Below are positions 26,441 to 37,750 of a DNA stretch of 64,000 bases, one piece after another. Every line of letters starts with the position of its first letter. Positions within the stretch are counted from its first letter, which is position 1. The translations under genes were made by a program, and so were the position numbers. Where the stretch lies: contig NC_043021.1 of the NCBI RefSeq assembly GCF_006345805.1, positions 22,568,001-22,632,000 on the forward strand. The letters are read 5' to 3'. The stretch comes from Octopus sinensis. Taxonomy: Eukaryota. The notes beneath the pieces are model-generated. The model was given only the letters and a program-made list of their open reading frames with translations. It was not told where the DNA came from and ran no database searches.

Positions 26441-28325
26441 CTAACATACAATCAAGCCTTAATATGCAGCGTTAGTTGGAGAGACGGAGAGTGAATGAGG
26501 AGATTTGTGTATGAATGATATTTTGGAGGATAATGCGATTAATAAAACATAACAAATTATCAGCTAAGCATATTACAAACATTGAGAATCCTAGGCATCC
26601 ATACACGCTATACATTTATCTAATCACGTAATTATGATGTTTGATTTCTATCGATGACGTCATGGAAATATGTAACTTATCGAACGACGTGTTTTAGGAA
26701 TTTATCTACATGATTTCCGTTTCAGGAAATGAATTTAGTTCAGTTTTTTTTTAGTCATAATCACATATTTGGAACTTAAATGTTACGCGCTCTTACTACA
26801 CAAAATCTGATATTAACAGACACACAAAGACCACACACACACGCACATACAGACGCCTCCACAGAAGCTCTTATAACAGCCAAAATATAGGCTTCGAGTG
26901 CGTGAAATATTCCATTTTCGGAACAGTGAATCTGGAAGCATTCAAACTATTATATAGTAGCCGGTAAATGTTGGCTAAAATCCATTTAGAATACGAATTT
27001 TAAAGGTTGTCTACTATAGGATTCGAAACGGCATTTCCTTTAAGTATGATAAAGATATTCACATGAATATCCTACTTTTTCTGAATTTTTTTTTTTCTTT
27101 TTTTGGCCAAGTAGTACAACGCTTGTTATGTTTTCAAGAGAAGCAGTTTCGAATTTCAGAGGCTGTCTTAGGCATATTCTTCCACGTTATTATCATATTT
27201 ACAAAGTGGTGACATGGTAGAATCGTTTGCACGCTTGACGAAATACTTAGCAATTTTTCATGCGTCGCTGTAAACAAAATAGGGCGCAATTTGCTTCTAA
27301 AGTAAGCTAAAATTAACTGCTATCAAATGTCAAAAGGAAAAATAACAACACATATAACATTGACAAAAGTCAATCAAAAATATCATAGCTTTATTTGCGA
27401 AAAGTGAAATTAGTTTCTTGCCAACCCAATAATATTGCTACTTTTAGTAAGTATATGCGTATTCGGCAAATTTCAGCACCCGTGAATTTGCTAATCCAAT
27501 TATTCCCACCCCTATTTTGTGAATAATCTACTCTGCCAACGTCTAGGTGAATGCTTTCGTTTTAATAAGAATTGAGAATGCGAAATTTCTGTTGCCCGGT
27601 CCTCAAATCATGTATAGTTTAAGATATTCTTTGATGTGCTACTCAATCTGACGTCACAAAATGAATTAAATATACATATGAGCCTGTGTAGGCGCGCGCA
27701 CGTACGTCGAAGCTTCTTGCGCAGGACGAAGTCATTGTGGGAATATTCACTTAATTAGAATTGTAAGTGTATTACATATATATATCTTGAGATTAAAGAC
27801 AGAGTAGGTATTTCACTTGTGTAATGTGCGATGTCGAAGTTAATTATATCGGAGTCAGTAAAGAAGAGAGTCTTTGACAATCTCTCAACGCAAGATTTAA
27901 AGTGAGACATTCAACCATCAATCGTTTAATACTTATGAAAGTGCTTACATGAAGACATTGCATATACTTCCACACAGCATAATTAATACGTTTATACGCA
28001 ATATATTCATATGCATACATACATATATATATACATATACATGTATATATATATATATACGTATATATATATATATATATATAAATATATTCATATTTAT
28101 GCATGTATATATATATGTATATATATTCATATATATGCATGTATATATATGTATATATATTCATATATATGCATGTATATATATGCATATATATTCATAT
28201 ATATGTACAGACATATATATGCATATATATTTATATGCACATATGGATATATATATATATATATATATATGTAGATGAAAGAGAGGGGTACAGTTAATAT
28301 TACTGTTGTTATAGTTATTATTACT

Positions 28326-28628
28326 GGCGATCTGGTGGTTAGATCAGCAGACTCGCTTTCGAGGGACCACGGGTTTGAATCTCAGACCGGCTCATGTGTG
28401 TGATTAGAGGCAAACCATAAGCTCTACGCAGTTCCGACAAATGGTAATTACGAACTTCTGCTGACTCTTTTGCCACAACATGCTCTCACTCTTTCCTCCT
28501 GCATCTAGCAGCTCACCAGCGACGGGCTGACTTCCCGTCCAGATGGGAAACCTATAGGCCAAAGAAACCGGGAAAGTGGCCCTTATTAGCCGAGCATGGC
28601 TCATGAAGGAACAATCAAGAACAACAAT
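28326..28628 (+). mobile_element. SINE family D (family C-like head, different tail ending in (AAC)n)
   Basis: GGCGATCTGGTGGTTAG..CAGCAGACTCGC..GGGTTTGAATCTCAGACCGG head and GAAACCGGGAAAGTGGCCCTTATTAGCC..GAAGGAACAATCAAGAACAACAA tail. Confidence 0.65.
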
Positions 28629-28803
28629 TTCACAAAGTTGACCAAGATGCTACGAAACGAAACCAATTTCTTATGATTGGTAATGGGAATTTCTCCGAAA
28701 TACGGATCGGCTCCACATGCAGGCAAACTTAATATCTTCTCTCCTGACATGTTTAATCACCGCATCTAGAGTTGAATGTTTTACAACATTCTTTTCTCCT
28801 AAG

Positions 28804-28845
<42 letters not shown>

Positions 28846-28853
<8 letters not shown>

Positions 28854-29110
28854 TATATTAGAGACAAAATCACTATTATGCAACTCAAATAAGGAAAGAC
28901 TTAAGCCAATACATAAAATAGTTTAAAACTCGCCAAGAAGGTTTTGAAACCACCTGAAGAATGTCTCAAAGATGTGCTGACACGAAACGATCGTAGTGGT
29001 TATTTGTAATTGTTAAATTTTAATTTATATAAATTATTTTATGTATTGGCTTTAGTCTTTCTTTATTTGATTTGCATAATAGTGGTTTTGTCACTAATAT
29101 AATATAATAT
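28846..29110. repeat. Fold-back element: arms of about 75 bp (28846-28920 and 29035-29110) enclosing a hammerhead
   Basis: GACAAAATCACTATTATGCAACTCAAATAAGGAAAGACTTAAGCCAATACATAAAATA pairs with TATTTTATGTATTGGCTTTAGTCTTTCTTTATTTGATTTGCATAATAGTGGTTTTGTC. Confidence 0.9.
28948..29001 (+). ncRNA. Type I hammerhead ribozyme, minimal PLE-type
   Basis: AACCAC-CUGAAGA-AUGUC(13 nt)GACAC-GAAA-CGAUCG-UA|GUGGUU. Perfect 6-bp stem I, canonical core, palindromic stem III (ACGAUCGU) and GUA triplet. Confidence 0.85.
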
Positions 29111-29206
29111 AATATAATATAATATTTTACTATAAAATTGGATTCAATCCTAAATCTGATTTTTCCCTGTAAATTTGGATTTATTCCCTTATATTTATTA
29201 TCATAT

Positions 29207-29244
<38 letters not shown>

Positions 29245-29651
29245 CGTTAGTGTGTGTTGTGTATACAGAAATGCTTCTAGCTATCACTTTATATCACCAT
29301 ATTTTTCTATTACATATTCTGGAAAAAAACCAACGATATATTACTGACATTTATCCAGAAAAAAATATCCACGATTTTATAGTATGAATACTAATGTATG
29401 TCTTCACTCAACTGGGCTCAATAAAATTTATTCCATGAGCATCTTGACATTCGCAATTTCCATAAAGCTTGAAATGGCAATTTAGCGTAGCTAAATCTCG
29501 TAATATTAGAATAATATAGATTGTCGTTATACCGCATTTCATCCAGCTGTATTGTCTTATATGAACATATGCATACATTCAAATACATATATATGTATGT
29601 GTATGTATCTGTACATGTATAAATCCATACGTGTCCATATGTATGTGCATC

Positions 29652-29802
29652 GTGGTAAGTAGCTTGCTAACCAACCACATGGTTCCGGGTTCAGTCCCAC
29701 TGCGTGGCACTTTGGGCAAGTGTCTTCTGCTATAGCCCCGGGCCGACCAATGCCTTGTGAGTGGATTTGGTAGACGGAAACTGAAAGAAGCCTGTCGTAT
29801 AT

Positions 29803-29855
<53 letters not shown>

Positions 29856-30081
29856 ATATGTGTTTGTGTGTCTGTGTTTGTCCCCCTAGCATTGCTTGAC
29901 AACCGTTGCTGGTGTGTTTACGTCCCCGTCACTTAGCGGTTCGGCGAAAGAGACCGATAGAATAAGTACTGGGATTACAAAGAATAAGTCCCGGGGTCGA
30001 TTTGCTCGACTAAAAGCGGTGCTCCAGCATGGCCGCAGTCAAATGACTGAAACAAGTAAAAGAGTAAAAAGAGTAAAGAGT
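29652..30081 (+). mobile_element. SINE family A, near full length
   Basis: High similarity to the 13277 and 23342 copies. Confidence 0.92.
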
Positions 30082-30100
30082 ATATATATATATATATAGC

Positions 30101-30131
<31 letters not shown>

Positions 30132-30519
30132 GTATATAACGCTAACGTATTCATATATATATCAAAATGTACAAATGTATTAGTGTTTTCTTCTACCGTT
30201 TTCACAAATCTGTTTTGCTAGAAACAGCGAAATCAGACATGTAACAATTTTGGACATATACTAAACGATGTTTAGAAATCTATGTTGTTTTTTTCTGTGT
30301 GGGTGTGTGCGTGTGATAGCGCTTTTACACAATGTTTGGATTTGAAGACAGCTGGTCATTGTAATTAAATTTTTAGTTAAACCGTGCTTCAAACTTAAAC
30401 GGATGCATCGACTTGATGATGAGTCTTATTTCACGTGTCCCTTAATATTTTTTTTATTATTTAAGAGACCTCGTAGGCATGTTTGCGTGTGTGTATGTGC
30501 GTGTGTATGCGTGCGTATC

Positions 30520-30885
30520 TGGTAACCTTGCTTCGCAACTACACTTTTCCGGGTTCAGTCTCACTGCGTGGTCAATGTCTTCTGCTGTAGATCGAGGTCA
30601 CCCAAAGCCCTGTAAGTTGATCTGCAAGATGACAACTGAAAGGAGTCTTTAGTTTATGTAACTGTGTATATATATATATGTATGCATATCTCTCCATCTG
30701 TCGATCTACTTATTTCTTATCTATCTTTGTGTCTCTAATCACTGCCTGACAGCCGGTGTTGGTTTGTTTGAGTTTCAGGCTTAAAATCTGAGTACCAGAT
30801 TCGATTAATGCAACTGAAGCTTTGATGGGGGTGTCTCAACAATTGCCCTTGTGCAGCGATTGAAACAACTAAATGATAAAAAGAT
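30520..30885 (+). mobile_element. Degraded family A-like SINE
   Basis: TTCCGGGTTCAGTCTCACTGCGTGG head remnant and a collinear body. Confidence 0.55.
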
Positions 30886-32739
30886 AATCATTCAAACTTA
30901 AACAGAAGACTTAGATAACGGTGAATAGTTCTCCCATTCGACTTCCGGCTAGAATCTGGATATTTGAATGAAATAATACTATTGCAGACACTTCGAAAGA
31001 AATGTGTCCAGGAAATTTCGGCGCTTGTTTCGCATCCGATAAATTTTTAAATAACAATATCTGACATAATTGCCAGGCCGTACATTTGGTCAGATGCCAT
31101 ATTGGAATATATCACCCGCAGTATAGTTGCAGTGATTTATATTATCAAAGCGATTTTGTTATGCAAAAAAATCCATTTATTGCGCAGAAGAAAATTACTA
31201 GTTTTCCGTCGATTTCTATTGTAAAATTCTCCATATAATAATAGATAATATAAGTGCTGGCCGGTTGTCTTTCCTTGTCGTGGTTTGCAGAGCGATTGCG
31301 GACGGAGCAAAGGTTACATATAGATAGCCAACATAATCTAAGTTCGGTCGATGGACGCTAAAATGACCAGCAGGGGTGGGATTATTGGAAAGATGACAAG
31401 TTACGTTGTCAACAGACGCCAGATGCTTAACATACGCTTACAAACATTCTTTCGCATGCAATCTTTTCTTCATTTCACGTGCATGCGCAGATAAGTACAG
31501 TTTAATTAGTAGGATAACCTTGACACCACAGAGCACAGGTAAATGAATAAATAAGCGGTGAATTGATAGTACCAGATGTTTGATCTTCCGCACGTCTCTA
31601 ACGTATATGTAAAATATTTGATTTTAATAGTGATTGATTTACCATGATTTCAAAATTCTACTTCAAAATTTCCACATTGTATGAAGAGTTGCACTCAAGA
31701 AATTTTAAGACTACGATTCAATTGAAATGACAACATATTTCTGGGGAAACAGTTGAACTATTCACGCCATAAGACACATTAACGTTCTTTAAGCATTGCC
31801 CGTGTGAAAAAGTATTTCTTCTACATTGGTATTTTACTAGGCGGAGAAGACAGTATATTTTGTTAAATAATCAAACTACCGTTACTCTTTGTTTCTAGGT
31901 CATCTTATCTCGTTCAACCTAGATGGGATTCTTTCAGTTTCTCTCTATCAATACCAATCACCATGCTTTGGTTATTCAGGATTTATAGTAGAAGCAAAGA
32001 TAAGCCGTTTTTCGGTATTCCATTTTATAACATCATCTCTCTTATCAGCGACATACGACTGGTATATTTTCGTTCGAAAAACAACGGCGTTAGAGAAAAC
32101 AAAATGACCAGTATCAGACAGACCCTATACTAACGAATTGCTTTCAAGAATATCCGCTAGGTAATTTTATAGATCACTAAACATATGATAACACTTATCT
32201 GAACAGTCCTAAATAATGGTTTCCTCGATGACCAGCAGATAGCTTTCACCAAAAATATTAAGAGCAGGACTAGAATATAAAATGGTTTTCAATCCTGAAA
32301 CATCGGTGTGATTGCATGAAGATTTCACTGCTACGTTTAGCATATACAATGCCTGCGTCAAAGTTGTCTCCTTGACTGTTGGTAGCAATAAGTAGACTGA
32401 CGTAAACTTTTCGGTAATACAACAGTTAACCTAAGGTCGCAGCGCCATGTTAACATCTATTTGATATAATTTTGTTTCTGTTCGCTCGAATTCTTTTGCA
32501 AATTGGATAAAAGACTGCAATTAAAATGGTTGTTTCGTTTAAGTGGAGAATTCCTGCAAGCTTTTGTAGGAAGAAAATCTATAATGCAATTCACAGAAAC
32601 AAGAATCAGAAGATTTTTAAAACAACTAGTCTCGATTAACTAAAAACTACAAAAAGCCGGACGTACATACGTATAATATATGCATACACACATATACAGA
32701 CATATATGCTTATACTCGTGCATCGATATGTATACGTTT

Positions 32740-32775
<36 letters not shown>

Positions 32776-34877
32776 CACACATGTATAAACTACTGCTATT
32801 ATTTTTACACTGGTAGGCTAGGAGAATAGTAAGCATCTCTTCTGAATTTACACTTTGTTCAAATTCCGTCTAAATTGACTTTGCCATTCTCCAATTCAGA
32901 ATCGATAAATAATATCAGCCGAGCACCGGCGTTGATGTAATCGTCTATCACACTACCCTATAATTGATAAGCTTCTGTCACAACCCCATCATGACCATCA
33001 CTTCGTAGATGAGGTTTAGTTTATTCTGAAGTGTTTCGACATACGTAGCATATTTGATTATCCTGTATTTATTTAGTATCACCTTCATAATTCGTTAGAT
33101 TAATTGATAAAAAACATGTGAAGTTATGCTTGGTAGAAAGAAACACAATTGGTCTAATACCATACACTATACATTTAAGATGTCGTGGTAAAGAGAGACA
33201 TGAGGTAGCAATGTTTGATTTCTGCTCTGTAAAAACAGACAATAATCCACTGAACTGTCCGCTGATACTAAAATTCCCAAATACATTACAATTTATTCAG
33301 TGAGTGATCTCTTCAAAAACCATTAGTAAAATCCCAATATTATATTTGCTGTCCTTTCGCTGAGTTATTATAGATATTGTTCTATAAACTCTTTCATGTA
33401 ACCTCCTACTTACCCAAAAGTATGAAGTACATCAATTGAAGAGTTGGTTTCCATTCGGAGATTCAGTTCTGTTTATTGTTAAACGCATTCCCTTAAAGCA
33501 TTGTTCTTCTAGTTTTCTAATATCACCTCTAGGGACAGATTTTAACTGTTGATTCTCTCAATAGATTTGAAAATATACCTGTCTCCCAGAATAGTGACTT
33601 AGCAATGTTTGCGTTTTAACTGTAACTGCAGCCAATGTGATCCTTCTGTTGCAGTTTGAATCCCAAAGAATAATTGCGTAATAGAAATTACAGCATATTA
33701 TGGTATAAGCCTGACCTCAAGTAATGACAAGATGTTTGAATGTGTGTGTGTAGCGGGGAGATGTTTTGCAACTGTTGTTGTTTAGGCACAAACCATCTCT
33801 GAATAAGCATGTCTATCACTATAGGATTTGCTTTTATACAAGTGGTCTGCGATGTTCTGAAATCTTTAACTTTCATACGTTTCACATGACACGACGGTCA
33901 TATGACCCTGGTATCCATGCATCTTCTATGACACACATTCACAATTGTGTTTTCGTCCGAGGTGTAACTTAGGACTTTAAAATACAGCGCCATTTGCCAT
34001 TTCTTCCGCTCTAAATAGTATTTTCCCATGATGTAAAGAGGGATTCCAATCTATATCTATATCCACTTAAGATGAATCAACTCCTAAATAATATAAAAAT
34101 CAATAATTCCAGAACTACGGCAGAATCGACGCAAATTTTAAAATTCGATAAGTTACCTTTTCTTATTCATTTTTTCCCCTTTAAGCGAATGCATTTAACA
34201 ATAACCCCATTACATAATTCCAGTTAGAAACAATTTCTTCACTCTGACGTCAGTAAAAGACTTTAGGATAACTTTGAACGTCACATCCTCAATGTAATAT
34301 GATGTCGCATGTATTTGTGTCGCTGTAAGAAAAATCGATATTTTGATAAGAACACGCAGACTAAGTTTATTTGTGATGCATACATAATTGCAGTTCCATT
34401 ACAACTGATGGTATCACCGATACAGAGCACAACAAGCGCACAATGGCATTAATTTAATAAAATGTAACACGTGAAGATAGATACATATATAAAATTAACT
34501 CTTTGCCGTCCAAAACATTTTAAGTTTATCCTAAACGTCCATGCTTCTTTCCAGACTTGGTTATGCCTTCTAAGAAAAATAATGTTTTCCTTTCTCAAGT
34601 ACAAAGTTACATAGGTGTTAGAAAAAAAATTGTGAATTGTAGAAGATGCATAGATATCAGGGAAATACGACCCGCGTATCCCCCGTGATAAGAAGGACAG
34701 GCAGAGTATTAAGTTATTTTACATGGTGAATATATTACTTGTGAACACATGCAACGATTTACGTATATGCATGTTTGTATCAATATGCACATCTGTATAT
34801 GTATATATGTGAGTACATGTTTATAGATGTGTGCGCATCTATGTGTATGTGCAATATGTATCTATCTCTTTCCCTTT

Positions 34878-35167
34878 CCAGTGGTTAGGGTAGCGGACTC
34901 GCGGTTGTAGGATCGCGGTTTCGATTCACAGACTAGGCATTGTGAGTGTTTATTGAACGAACACACCTAGAATTCCACGAGGTTCTGGAAGCGGGTGGTA
35001 GCGATCCCTGCTGTACTCTTTCGCAGCAGCTTTCTCTCACTCTTTCTCTTGTTTGCCTGCTCGCTTAGCCAGCGGGATGGTGTCATTTCAAAGGATATAA
35101 CACTGCGAAGCGCATAGTGACCAGCGATGTGTAGCAACATCTGATAGCCTGGTCGGCCACGTGATAC
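34878..35167 (+). mobile_element. SINE family C, head slightly truncated
   Basis: CAGTGGTTAGGGTAGCGGACTCGCGG...GTGACCAGCGATGTGTAGCAACATCTGATAGCCTGGTCGGCCACGTGA. Confidence 0.9.
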
Positions 35168-35198
<31 letters not shown>

Positions 35199-35244
35199 TT
35201 ACTAAGTCTCTCTAAACGAGATTACGGCAGCGTTACTGGAAATT

Positions 35245-35409
35245 AATAGTTATCGCCATATTAATATGGCAGTCTTATAAATATAAGACTAAAGCTGTCG
35301 CAGGTTCGTGTGTCAAATAGCTAGCTTGAGGCGGTGGCCTCATGGAGCTAACCAGCGACAGCTTTAGTCTTATATTTATAAGACTGCCATATTAGTATGG
35401 CGATAACTA

Positions 35410-35411
<2 letters not shown>
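35245..35411. repeat. Fold-back hairpin, 57-bp arms, structured loop
   Basis: AATAGTTATCGCCATATTAATATGGCAGTCTTATAAATATAAGACTAAAGCTGTCGC and its reverse complement at 35355-35411, with 1 mismatch. Confidence 0.92.
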
Positions 35412-35452
<41 letters not shown>

Positions 35453-35456
<4 letters not shown>

Positions 35457-35630
35457 GTATACTTGCCATCTCAATGTGGTTAACCACTAAGGGTGGGTGT
35501 TACTGTAGCTTGTAGACCCAGGAGAACATCGTATCTAGCTGGCTTTAGGCACGATGTTCTCCTGGGTTTACTAGCTACAGTAACACCCACCCTTAGTGGT
35601 TAGCCACATTGAGATGGCAAGTATACCTCA
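35453..35630. repeat. Near-perfect fold-back hairpin, 80-bp arms (MITE-like or PLE-derived)
   Basis: TGAGGTATACTTGCCATCTCAATGTGG...CAGGAGAACATCGT pairs with ACGATGTTCTCCTG...CCACATTGAGATGGCAAGTATACCTCA. Confidence 0.92.
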
Positions 35631-36659
35631 CAGTGTTGTGCAGTTACTGTTTATATCTCGTCCGGAGATTTATCATTGCTTATATATATATATATATATA
35701 TATATATTTAATACCTCAAACAAAAGAGTGCATTGAAGCATGTGTATATAAATGGGAAAGGCTTTTAACAGATGCAAGTCATCACAACTTTAAGTGGTCA
35801 AATTGAAAATGATGAAACCTTCAATTGCTGAAAGAGAATAAAGATATTAGATTTTATATAGATAATTAATTTCAATAAATATCATATTATAGAATAAAAT
35901 AAAGAATAAATACAGCAAACAACACGCAAAATAATAAATAATGGCTGAAAAATAGCATTAATTATAAAGTTTTTTGCATGGTGTCTATCATAACAGAATT
36001 TTGGCAATAGACTGACTATTAATCAGGTGGTGCAATTAGAATATTTCTACGTAGTTTGGCATCGCTTTAAAAGAGATCACTTCGACAGACATACGTTCGT
36101 CCATTTTATTTTATTACGTTACGTATATCATTTTGCATCATTCTGCCTGTAATGAACATTGGCAGTGTTATGTAATCAAATAAATGAGAAAAGATCATCG
36201 GGTCATGAAAACTGTGTAATACAAGTCTATATAATAGGAAATAGCGGAAGAAAACATAAGGGAAATGTTATGAATAGCTTCATTATCAATGGTGATAGGC
36301 GATTAAACGATCAACACTCTATAAATATGTGTGGTTGTTTATGCACTATATATATATATTTATATAACACTCTGTGTGTATGTAAACCCACATGACTTCT
36401 GAAGTTCGTAATCAGTTTTCTTCAAACTAGGAACATACATTACTAGCGTTCCAGAGATTTTTCACATAATGAGTAATGGGGCCTCTTGGGCGAGAGAAAA
36501 ACACTTTCTGGGTTAAGTACAACTACTGTGGAAAAGGGAAGTGTCTCTGCGAAGTAACTGATATTAAAATCTGCTAACATATTGATATATTGATATTATT
36601 TACATGTTTTTATTAACGTGCATTTGTCATCTTAGTTTATTACGTTATATTTTTTTGAG

Positions 36660-36870
36660 ATGATGTCTCCAAAGAAGAGTTCCTCTATTCGTCGAAAAAC
36701 GTCAGCAGGAGATAAATTGAAATGAAGGCGCGCAATTGAAATGTCACATGAGACTTCAATTAGACAATCACAAAATGCTGCATTTATAGATACTGACAGA
36801 GCAATGGCAATCGATGAACAGCGCAGAATTTGCCTGGCTAGAAATGCTGCATTAACAACTTCAGCCAATG
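36660..36870 (+). pseudogene. Probable Helitron ORF N-terminal relic
   Basis: MMSPKKSSSIRRKTSAGDKLK*RRAIEMSHETSIRQSQNAA...DEQRRICLARNAALTTSA resembles the basic start and helical E-Q-R-R-x-R-L-A repeats of animal Helitron proteins. One in-frame TGA. Assignment is from pattern recall only. Confidence 0.4.
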
Positions 36871-37459
36871 CACCACCCCGCTTACCACGTCACTTCTTTC
36901 ATAAAGATAGATTTATCTTATGTAGTGTAGTTGAACGCACCCATGGTCTAACTTATCACATAGATGTAGTTTATGTGTCTGCTTATTGGTCAACGTGGTA
37001 GTAGAAGAGCCGATGGCCGCTAAGAAGGTTTGTATTTTAAAGGAATACAAAGCGGAAGCTGGGAAAAACGAGTAGCTGAATATCTTCCGGCTTTTCGTTT
37101 AAACACCCTTCAGGCCGGTTTTGCATTTCAGCCTTTCGTGATAGATAAAATAAGTACCAGTCAAATACTGTGGTCGGTGAAATCGAGTAACCATGCTTGC
37201 TTACATTTTAAATTAACATTATCAATGCCAATAAAGGGCTCTCTGATTGGAAAACTCAGATATAAAATTTACTTTGATCGGGATATATATATATAGCAGT
37301 GTGTGAGTAAGTGTCAGTATGTGGAAAGCTATATATAGAGATGAAATGCGTTTGGCTTCGAGTTACAGTAGTTAATATTGGCTGATTAAATCCTCTGGCC
37401 TGTGAGTCAATCTACCAAAATAAACAGTATGAAATATATAAGTGACACTCAAAAACCTT

Positions 37460-37498
<39 letters not shown>

Positions 37499-37544
37499 GT
37501 ATTATGTAGCTATGAGTGTGTATGTATATATATGTGAATATATA

Positions 37545-37584
<40 letters not shown>

Positions 37585-37719
37585 TATATATGCATATTTA
37601 TATATGAGTGTATATACATATATGTATATATATGTGAATATATATGTATATACATATGTATGTATGTGTATAGATATGTATGTATGTATATATATATACA
37701 TATGTGTATATATATATGA

Positions 37720-37750
<31 letters not shown>

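Noticed and set aside
35495-35535. Twister-like loop (CUG-GGUCUACAAGCUA-CAG on minus) in the 35453 hairpin
   Set aside because: The loop is longer than consensus and I found no matching P1/P2, UAA cleavage loop or GAG pseudoknot partner.
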